64,000 bases of DNA, from positions 1-64,000 of IMG/VR virus record IMGVR_UViG_3300044796_000222; one strand, written 5' to 3'. Position numbers and translations under genes: made by a program. The DNA comes from a virus. Within the stretch, counting starts at the first letter, position 1, and every line of letters begins with the position of its first letter. Below the pieces are notes generated by a model, which was not told the origin of the DNA, did no database searches, and was given only the letters and a program-made list of their open reading frames with translations. Shown here piece after piece: positions 57,258 through 64,000 of this stretch.

Positions 57258-57508
57258 TGACTTGCGCCACCATATGTCGAGCATGCCACCAAATGACGCC
57301 GGCCGTTTCGCCGGTCATCCTGGCATTCGCGCCCGTCTACACCAAAACGTGCGCCAAGTGCCAGGGCATCAACGCGACGAATCGGATGCCGGAAGGCTCA
57401 GTCGTCGATTGGGGATACGAGGCAGAGGCTAAGCCGACGCCCGGAACCGTCAATCACACGACCGTCGACGGCAAAGGCGCTGTCGCGAGGCTGCGGAGGA
57501 AGCGATGA
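57257..57508 (+). CDS. Hypothetical zinc-finger protein
   Basis: CRAC...CAKC. Confidence 0.55.
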   Translation: MTCATICRACHQMTPAVSPVILAFAPVYTKTCAKCQGINATNRMPEGSVVDWGYEAEAKPTPGTVNHTTVDGKGAVARLRRKR

Positions 57509-57726
57509 CCGACATCGAGAAACTCATCGAACTCATCATGGCGCGCACAACCACCGTCGCGTGGGTCGGTTTCGCGCGAGACTTCAACTACTTCGTCATC
57601 CTCTACGGGCGAGCCGTCAGCGACGACGACGTTGCCGTAGCGAAGCGCTGCGTCTGCGACGTCTATCCGAAAGCCATCAACCTGGACGTGATTCGCGCTC
57701 GCGTGAGGTTGGAGGACCTGTCATGA
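57505..57726 (+). CDS. Hypothetical protein
   Basis: GGAGG RBS. Confidence 0.6.
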   Translation: MTDIEKLIELIMARTTTVAWVGFARDFNYFVILYGRAVSDDDVAVAKRCVCDVYPKAINLDVIRARVRLEDLS

Positions 57727-57932
57727 CCGACGAAGAAATCAAGACGCACAACGACGCAGTAGAAGCCGAATACGCAACGATGCTCACAACGCTGCCTGCC
57801 GAGGAGCGGCGCTTTGCGTTCGATCTTGCGCGCGAACTCTTACTCAAGAGCGAATACGCCTCGCCGGTTGACTCGTTGCGCAAAGCGACGTGGTTCCACT
57901 CCGAGGCGAAAAGGCGCGGGCTACTGATATGA
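57723..57932 (+). CDS. Hypothetical protein
   Basis: GGAGG RBS; ATGA overlap. Confidence 0.6.
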   Translation: MTDEEIKTHNDAVEAEYATMLTTLPAEERRFAFDLARELLLKSEYASPVDSLRKATWFHSEAKRRGLLI

Positions 57933-58039
57933 TCGCCGTCGTATGCGGCTCCCGCGACTCCCGAGATCGCGACGGCGTCTTCGCTGTGCTCGATCGCATC
58001 CACGCCGAGACGCCGATTACGCCTTGCCTATCCGGTTGA
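57929..58039 (+). pseudogene. SLOG (DUF2493/YspA-like) gene truncated by cassette B
   Basis: MIAVVCGSRDSRDRDGVFAVLDRIHAETPIT runs into the TIR and stops. Confidence 0.65.
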
Positions 58040-58049
58040 CTCCCTCCCC

Positions 58050-58079
58050 TTGACACCTTCCCTACTTCTGGTGTACGCA
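58050..58079 (+). promoter_or_regulatory. tnpB promoter (probably leaderless)
   Basis: TTGACA-N18-TACGCA; ATG at 58086, no SD. Confidence 0.45.
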
Positions 58080-58085
58080 TTCAAC

Positions 58086-59447
58086 ATGTCCGCTGAGAAG
58101 ACCCACCAGCGAATTGTTCGGGAATTAGACCCAAACAACGAGGTGCTGACGTCTTTTCGCAAATACGCGGGAACCAAAAGGCTTGTCTACAACTTGTACT
58201 TGGAGGCCGCCCAGACGCTCTTTCACTCGTGCCAAGACAAGGTACGCTTCCTCAAGAAGAACGACTTCAAGCGGGAGTTCACTGCGCGTAGGCACTCAGA
58301 CTTCCCTTGGATGGACGAAATCCCATCCAATCTCATCGAACTTGCTATCGATGACGCCGATCGTGCCTATCAAAACTTCTACGCCGCTCGCAAGAAGGCT
58401 AGGAAGGTGGGACTCCCTCGTCGAAAGAAGAAAGGCAACGCACGAGACTCCTTCCGCTTCCGAAACGAGCTAGTCAAACTTCTAGACCGTCGGCATATAC
58501 ACGTCTCCAAGATCGGCCGGGTCAGACTCAAAGAGCCCCTTCGCTTCATCAAAGACCAACGGGTCGTAAGCCTCACAGTCTATCGCGAAGCCGATCGCTG
58601 GTTCGGATCGTTTCTGGTCGAAGAACCCTTGGCCACACCTGTTCCGCCTACTAATCCGATCGTGGGAGTAGACCTCGGGGTCCTCACGTTCGCGACCGTT
58701 TCGGACGGTTTCAGCTACCAAAGAGTCGCTCACACCAACGCTCTCAAGTCCTCATTGAAGCGTCTCCAACGTCTTAGTCGTCAACAGTCACGAAAGGAAA
58801 GGGGCTCAAACAGCAAGAAGAAAGCCACCATGAAGCTCGCCCGACAGCATAGGCGAGTGAAGAATATCCGAGAGACGCAGATCCACAAGCTCACCACGAA
58901 GCTGGCGAAAACCAAGTCAGTCGTCGTGATCGAGGACCTCAACGTCTCTGGGATGGTGAAGAACAAGAACCTAGCGCGATCCGTCATGGATCAAGGGTTC
59001 GGGATGGTCCGACGCCAGTTGGAGTACAAGACCAAGAAGTTCGGGTCTCGCCTCCTCGTGGTCGATCGGTTTTTCCCGTCCTCGAAGCTGTGCTCTGTGT
59101 GCGGGTTCAAGTGCGAGAAGATGCCTCTTAGTGTGAGGCGTTGGAGTTGCGTCAAGTGCGGCGCAACCCACGATAGGGACGAGAACGCCTCGGAGAACCT
59201 GAGGCAAGAAGGCCAACGCATGTTGGCTAACGATTTAGTACCCCAAATGCTGGGGGAATTTACGCCTGAGGAGATCCCTCTGGGGGTGGACGGCACGATG
59301 ATGGGGTGCACTGGAAGCACCCCAGAGGCGTCTACTGCCCATGGGTCGTTGAACCAGGAAGCGGGCTCAACGTGTGGGAAGTCCTCACGTACGGTAAGTC
59401 CCGTCAATGCCGGAGGCTCCCCACTCGTGGGGGAGCCTACCGGATAG
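58086..59447 (+). CDS. tnpB: RNA-guided endonuclease TnpB (IS200/IS605/IS607 type)
   Basis: RuvC motifs GVDLG, IEDL, DRDENA intact; CSVC/CVKC zinc finger; FPSSKLC. Confidence 0.95.
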   Translation: MSAEKTHQRIVRELDPNNEVLTSFRKYAGTKRLVYNLYLEAAQTLFHSCQDKVRFLKKNDFKREFTARRHSDFPWMDEIPSNLIELAIDDADRAYQNFYAARKKARKVGLPRRKKKGNARDSFRFRNELVKLLDRRHIHVSKIGRVRLKEPLRFIKDQRVVSLTVYREADRWFGSFLVEEPLATPVPPTNPIVGVDLGVLTFATVSDGFSYQRVAHTNALKSSLKRLQRLSRQQSRKERGSNSKKKATMKLARQHRRVKNIRETQIHKLTTKLAKTKSVVVIEDLNVSGMVKNKNLARSVMDQGFGMVRRQLEYKTKKFGSRLLVVDRFFPSSKLCSVCGFKCEKMPLSVRRWSCVKCGATHDRDENASENLRQEGQRMLANDLVPQMLGEFTPEEIPLGVDGTMMGCTGSTPEASTAHGSLNQEAGSTCGKSSRTVSPVNAGGSPLVGEPTG

Positions 59448-59450
59448 GCA
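59230..59450 (+). ncRNA. Putative omegaRNA overlapping the tnpB 3' end (limits approximate)
   Basis: The tail after RuvC-III reads GEFTPEE...SLNQEA, typical of omegaRNA-overlapping tnpB ends; hairpins at about 59370-59390 and 59410-59443. Confidence 0.55.
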
Positions 59451-59587
59451 TGGAAGACGCGTGCCGCTACATCGTCGCCTGTCGTCGAGACGGCGCCGCC
59501 CAGCAGGCCGAGTGCGTCCACGGCCGCTCCGACGGCGCGCTCGCTCTCGTCGCGAAGGCGCTGGCGGCGCTGGGTATTAGGGCTTGA
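59450..59587 (+). pseudogene. 3' remnant of a gene right of cassette B
   Basis: EDACRYIVACRRDG...LGIRA-stop; the only ATG comes from the TIR. Confidence 0.4.
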
Positions 59588-59641
59588 CGGGCGCCGCATC
59601 ATGCTCATGTTGACGCCTTCCATCGAAGGAGAGCCGAGAAG

Positions 59642-60766
59642 ATGATCGACAGGCTGTGCATCCAAAAGTTGCTCGACGAGCGCGGTTTCGACGAAGCGTT
59701 CCTCGTCTCCAACTACGGCATCAAGGCGCGCGTCGATCGCACGCACCCGAACCTCGTCCTGTTCAAATACGACCAGATCGCGTCGCCGATGGGCGAGAGA
59801 ATCGTACAGGAGTGTCGCGGTGTCATCCTCGACAAGTCCGACGGTTGGTCGGTCGTCTCGCGCGCCTTCGACAAATTTTTCAATCACGGTGAAGGCCATG
59901 CCGCACCGATCGATTGGTCCACGGCGGCGGTGCAAGAGAAGCTCGACGGGTCGCTCTGCGTGCTCTACGCCTACGACGGCAAGTGGCGCGTCGCGACCAC
60001 TGGCACGCCTGACGGCTTCGGCGACGTGAACGGATTCGGCATCACGTTCGCCGACTACTTTTGGAAGACGTTCAACGCGTGCGGAGGCCGTCTTCCGACG
60101 ATCGACTCGACCGGACGTCATCCATCGCAGTTCTTCTTCGAACTGTGCGGCAAGTTCAACCGCGTCGTCGTGAGGCATGAAACGGATCGCGTCGTCGCTC
60201 TCGGCGCCCGTCACGAAGGCAAAGAAGTCGGACCGCACTTCGCCGCTGACGCCACCGGCATCGCGCCCGTCCAATGCTTCTCACTCCAGTCGTTCGACGA
60301 CATCGCCGCGACCTTCGGCGCGCTCAGTCCGCTCGCACAAGAGGGCTACGTGGTCGTTGACGCCGACTTCCGACGCGTGAAGGTCAAGCATCCCGGTTAC
60401 GTCGCGCTTCATCACGCGAAGGACGGACTTGGTCCGAAGGCGTTTCTTCAGATCGCCCGCTCCGGCGAGACATCCGAAGTCCTGTCCGCCTTCCCAGAGT
60501 TCCGAGAGCACATGGAGCAGGTGAAGGCGAAACTCGACGCACTCATCGCCGAGACGGATGCCACCTACGCGGCGCATCGCCACCACGAAGTTCAGAAAGA
60601 CTTCGCGATCGCGATCAAGGATTCGCCTGGACGTGCAGCGATGTTCTCGATCCGATCTGGACGGCATCGCGACGCTCGGCACTACTACGCCGAGACGCAG
60701 ATCGATCCGTTGATGCGACTGCTTGGCCTGAAGGCCGAACAGCAGGCCGAAGGAGACGCGACATGA
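59642..60766 (+). CDS. RNA ligase, T4 Rnl1-like
   Basis: ECRGVIL; FDKFFN; EKLDGS; FFEL; EGYVV; RVKVK. Confidence 0.9.
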   Translation: MIDRLCIQKLLDERGFDEAFLVSNYGIKARVDRTHPNLVLFKYDQIASPMGERIVQECRGVILDKSDGWSVVSRAFDKFFNHGEGHAAPIDWSTAAVQEKLDGSLCVLYAYDGKWRVATTGTPDGFGDVNGFGITFADYFWKTFNACGGRLPTIDSTGRHPSQFFFELCGKFNRVVVRHETDRVVALGARHEGKEVGPHFAADATGIAPVQCFSLQSFDDIAATFGALSPLAQEGYVVVDADFRRVKVKHPGYVALHHAKDGLGPKAFLQIARSGETSEVLSAFPEFREHMEQVKAKLDALIAETDATYAAHRHHEVQKDFAIAIKDSPGRAAMFSIRSGRHRDARHYYAETQIDPLMRLLGLKAEQQAEGDAT

Positions 60767-61725
60767 GCGAGTTCCACGTTGAGGTCGTGCGCCTCGGACC
60801 AATCACTAAACATCCGAACGCGGACACGCTGTCGATTACGATGGTCCATGGGGGCTATCCGGCGATCGTGCGAACGGGCGACTTCAAAGAGGGCGATCTC
60901 GCCGTCTACGTTCCGGTCGACGCGATCGTGCCAGAGACGCCGCGCTTCTCGTTTCTTGGCGTCCACCGTCGAATCAAGGCGAAGCGTCTGCGCGACGTCT
61001 TCTCGATGGGCCTTCTCATCGCCGCCGATCCCGGCATGGTCGAAGGCCAAAATGTCGCGGAAGCGCTCGGCATCACGAAATGGGAACCCGACAACCCGAC
61101 GGAGGGAAGCGCTGACGAGCCTGATCGCGGCGCGATGCCTTGCTACACCGACATCGAAGGTCTGCGCCGTTGGAAATACGCGCTCATCGAAGGTGAGGAG
61201 GTCGTCATCACCGAGAAGATCCACGGCGAGAACTTCCGCGCCGTCCATGACGGTGAGCGCCTCTGGGTTGGCTCACGAACACGCTTGAAGTTGCCAGTTG
61301 AGAACGACGGCAAGTGGTGGTCGGCGGCACGGCGCGCTGGCGTTCCAGAGGCGTTGGCGAAGATGCCAAACGTCATCATCTTCGGCGAGTCTCACGGCTA
61401 CACCGGAGGCTTCCCGTACGGTACCGGGCGGCAACCGACGCTGCGTCTATTCGACGCGATGGACGCGAAGACGCGGAAGTACCTCGATTGGGACGACTTC
61501 GTTCGCGTGACAGACGAACTGTCGTTGCCGCGCGTTCCGGTCCTCTATCGCGGTCCGTGGAATGCAGAGCTGGTCGCGTTGGCGGAAGGATCGTCGACCA
61601 TTGACTCCTCGCATGTCCGCGAGGGCATCGTTGTGAAGCCCACGCGCGAACGATCCGGCGAGCAGATCGGGCGCACGATCCTGAAGATCCACGGCGAAGG
61701 ATTTCTCACCAGAAAAGGCGCGTAA
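60763..61725 (+). CDS. RNA ligase, DRB0094/Rnl5-like with N-terminal OB domain
   Basis: HPNADTL; EKIHGEN; FGE; LFD; REGIVVKP. Confidence 0.9.
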   Translation: MSEFHVEVVRLGPITKHPNADTLSITMVHGGYPAIVRTGDFKEGDLAVYVPVDAIVPETPRFSFLGVHRRIKAKRLRDVFSMGLLIAADPGMVEGQNVAEALGITKWEPDNPTEGSADEPDRGAMPCYTDIEGLRRWKYALIEGEEVVITEKIHGENFRAVHDGERLWVGSRTRLKLPVENDGKWWSAARRAGVPEALAKMPNVIIFGESHGYTGGFPYGTGRQPTLRLFDAMDAKTRKYLDWDDFVRVTDELSLPRVPVLYRGPWNAELVALAEGSSTIDSSHVREGIVVKPTRERSGEQIGRTILKIHGEGFLTRKGA

Positions 61726-61742
61726 GCGAACGGGAACCACAA

Positions 61743-62288
61743 ATGCCAAGACGATGGGCGCAAGAGTTGACGGCGGAGATGATCGGTCTGAATCCGACGA
61801 TCGTGAAGCGTTTCTGGGCGCAGGTCGCGGAGCCAAATGAGCGCGGGTGCCGGCTGTGGACCGGAGCGCTACGAGGCAAGACCGGCTACGGCTGCATGAA
61901 GGTCAACAAGAAGGTCTACGACACGCACCGCCTCGGCTTCGTAATCCGATTCGGAACAGTCAGCGCCGGCAGAGTGGTGCGCCACTCGTGCGACATCCGC
62001 CGCTGCGTAGAACATCTTCTGATCGGCTCTTCGGCCGACAACCATCGCGATATGGTAGTCCGTGGGCGCGCCGTAACGCCAGCGCAGATGAGCGCGAAAA
62101 TGAAGGCGCTTGGCCATCGTCCGCCACCGCCGAAGCGAACACTCAACCCAGAGCAGGTTCGGCTGGTTCGGATGCGGGTCAAGGCTGGCGATACGCACCA
62201 ATCGATTGCTGACGATTTCGGCATTTGTCGGCAATCGATCACGATGATTGTCGGCGGGAGAACCTATACGGATATCGCGAGCGCGTGA
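61743..62288 (+). CDS. HNH endonuclease with C-terminal HTH
   Basis: CRLWTG...GYG...THR...VVRHSCDIRRCVxHL...DNxxDMxxRGR. Confidence 0.85.
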   Translation: MPRRWAQELTAEMIGLNPTIVKRFWAQVAEPNERGCRLWTGALRGKTGYGCMKVNKKVYDTHRLGFVIRFGTVSAGRVVRHSCDIRRCVEHLLIGSSADNHRDMVVRGRAVTPAQMSAKMKALGHRPPPPKRTLNPEQVRLVRMRVKAGDTHQSIADDFGICRQSITMIVGGRTYTDIASA

Positions 62289-62300
62289 ATCAACTAACCG

Positions 62301-63488
62301 TCACGCAACCTTCGGACACTTGCAGTACCCGCACAAGGCCGTAGCGCTCGGGATTCGCCCCTGTCGAATCTCGCAAGCGCCGCGCAGCCCTCGATCTACG
62401 ACCGCGCCATAGCAGACGTCACCGATCTCGTCGCCCTTCCCGCCCTGCACTTGGTCATCCTTGAAGCGCGAGATGAGGTAGCGCGGCTTGATGAATAGGT
62501 CGGCGTCGGGCCTATCGCCGTCAGGCTTCTTCTTCGCGAGCCGCGAGTCGTCTGGATTCAGGTCGACCGCCATCAACAGGTCGCGCAACTTCCGCCGAGC
62601 CGCCGCAACTTCCTTCGCGACTTCGCCGGCCACGAAGCGGAGGTGAGCGTGGAGTGCCTTCTTCCGCCATTCCTGCTTGACAGCGTCGTCCTCTTTCACC
62701 TGCTCTTCGATCTCGTCGCGCTCGTCGAGCGTGAGCGCCGATGCGCGGAGTTGATCGCGTAGATCATCTCGCACGCGCCCATCGGCGTTCGACACGATTT
62801 CAGGCCACTTCACGGCGTCGACGTCGGCTACCACCATTCCTGTTGGCAGGTCAATCCTCACGTCAGCGTCGCCCCTGACGCCACGCGCGAGCGTCTGCGC
62901 GCTCATCAACGTCTTGCCTGCGAGCGTGCCCGTGTAGTCGACGTAACACAAAATGAGCACACGAATCTCGACGTCTGTCAAGCGCTTCAGCACTCGTGCA
63001 AGCGCTGTGAGGTGCGGGTCGGGTGTCGGCAATCGGTGGACGCCTTCGCCACGCGTTGTGCGCTCGCCGACCATGTGAGGTACGCGCGGGACGAGCTTGT
63101 CGCAGTCGGGTCGCCATGCTCGGAGTGCCTCGATCTCATCGCGCCATCGCGAGTCTGGGTCGCGAGCTGCGCGCTTGGCCCATCGCTGGCGCATTCGGAC
63201 GAGCGGCGACGTCTCGTCTTCATCCTTCCCCTTGCGATCGTTGGCGCGGACGGCGTCGGCCTCGACCGCCATCGAGAGGAGCGGGACTGCGATGCCTTCG
63301 ACTAGGAACGAGTCGAGTTCTGCGACGGCGCCAGCGATCTTGTGGACCTTCGCCATCGCCTCGGTGTCGGCCTTCGCACGGGCGGCAAGCGCGTCGAACG
63401 CCTCCTCATTCGCCTTGGCGAGCGAGTGTGGGCGCCCCTCGATCTGAGCGCGCTCGATCGTCTCGGCGGATGTCTTGCGGCGGCCCAT
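62301..63488 (-). CDS. Hypothetical protein, possible transcription regulator
   Basis: Start MGRRKTS; LKRLTDVEIRVLILCY and AARRKLRDLL resemble sigma region 4 flanks; C-terminal Cys cluster. Confidence 0.6.
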   Translation of the reverse strand: MGRRKTSAETIERAQIEGRPHSLAKANEEAFDALAARAKADTEAMAKVHKIAGAVAELDSFLVEGIAVPLLSMAVEADAVRANDRKGKDEDETSPLVRMRQRWAKRAARDPDSRWRDEIEALRAWRPDCDKLVPRVPHMVGERTTRGEGVHRLPTPDPHLTALARVLKRLTDVEIRVLILCYVDYTGTLAGKTLMSAQTLARGVRGDADVRIDLPTGMVVADVDAVKWPEIVSNADGRVRDDLRDQLRASALTLDERDEIEEQVKEDDAVKQEWRKKALHAHLRFVAGEVAKEVAAARRKLRDLLMAVDLNPDDSRLAKKKPDGDRPDADLFIKPRYLISRFKDDQVQGGKGDEIGDVCYGAVVDRGLRGACEIRQGRIPSATALCGYCKCPKVA

Positions 63489-63676
63489 CACGCGCTCCGC
63501 TTCTGCTTCACGTCGGCGTGCCGCTTCATCGCTTCGAGGCAGCCGATGCACGCGTCCATGCGATTCGCAACGATCGTCGCAGGCCCGTGGACCGTCACCG
63601 ACGCCAGCGCGCGACCGCAGTAGGTCCGGTTCAACATGCTCGGTTCGACGGCGTGGACAACGTGATACTTGCTCAC
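63488..63676 (-). CDS. Small zinc-finger protein
   Basis: H...TYCG...CIGC. Confidence 0.55.
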   Translation of the reverse strand: MSKYHVVHAVEPSMLNRTYCGRALASVTVHGPATIVANRMDACIGCLEAMKRHADVKQKRSA

Positions 63677-63861
63677 AAACGAGAGCCCTTGACAGACAGC
63701 ATCGTCCGAGACGGCGTCCCGATGGCGATGATTGCCCGCATCTGGTGGCAGCCATCGCAGATCGAAACGAGTCCGTCAGCGCTCGCGACACCACCTAGTT
63801 TGTGAGACGCGTTCGGCAGGCAGTCAGCGCACAGTTGGACCTGAGTTTTCGGTTCGTTCAT
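63673..63861 (-). CDS. Small zinc-finger protein
   Basis: CADC...CDGC. Confidence 0.55.
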   Translation of the reverse strand: MNEPKTQVQLCADCLPNASHKLGGVASADGLVSICDGCHQMRAIIAIGTPSRTMLSVKGSRL

Positions 63862-64000
63862 CGCATTCGCTCCCGGCCCTTATAGGACATCCACTGCCAC
63901 CCGAGCATCGAGCAGACGCCGGCCATCGCGATTGCCTGCCTCACGCCGTCGGGCAGAAAGTAGCAGACGATTGATGCGACGAGGCACCCAATTCCAGCTT

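Larger units (their letters stand above)
58023..59452. mobile_element. 1430-bp TIR cassette carrying tnpB (cassette B)
   Basis: TGCCTATCCGGT at 58025-58036 and ACCGGATAGGCA at 59439-59450; flanks GATTACGC / GAAGACGC (6/8); no transposase inside. Confidence 0.8.

Noticed and set aside
58017-59407. IS608-like ends (TTAC left, TCAA right)
   Set aside because: No left subterminal hairpin, and tetramers arise by chance; not fully excluded.
15575-59450. TG...CA repeats as Mu-type genome ends, or as boundaries of a large inversion
   Set aside because: Phage genes continue on both sides, and the 8-bp flanking repeats pair the sites locally.
58023-59452. IStron (group I intron + TnpB)
   Set aside because: Only 63 bp lie before the tnpB start, leaving no room for an intron core, and the flanks do not rejoin into one gene.
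1-64000. Alternative genetic code or complete circular genome
   Set aside because: Genes are intact under code 11, and the window ends show no terminal overlap.

Overview
A 64-kb, GC-rich segment of a tailed phage or prophage with a contractile (Mu-like) tail. The host is possibly myxobacterial, inferred only from an RHH protein and fibre domains. Layout: a + strand early/replication block (1-15.6 kb: DUF6745-like protein, initiator with an internal origin-like duplication, primase, DnaB, GT2/TPR glycosyltransferase, 2OG-Fe(II) oxygenase, MazG-like protein, many small ORFs). Then a - strand late operon (53.7 to 16.0 kb: terminase, DUF935-type portal, protease/scaffold, capsid, neck, sheath, tube, chaperone with a -1 slippery site, tape measure, baseplate, collagen fibre, exported proteins, lysis genes). 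Then a second + strand block (53.9-62.3 kb: TnpB, two RNA ligases, HNH). No integrase, transposase, reverse transcriptase, CRISPR array or complete tRNA was seen. The main unexplained structure is a pair of transposase-less cassettes 42 kb apart that share the terminal inverted repeat TGCCTATCCGGT. One (15573-15940) has a perfect 8-bp flanking direct repeat and carries a small Cys-rich ORF. The other (58023-59452) has a 6/8 flanking repeat and carries an intact TnpB, so any RNA guide may be encoded inside the element. Also notable: a family of promoters with fixed TTGACA-N16-(-10)-N6-ATG leaderless geometry, and a candidate three-hairpin small RNA. Product calls come from motif recognition, not database searches.
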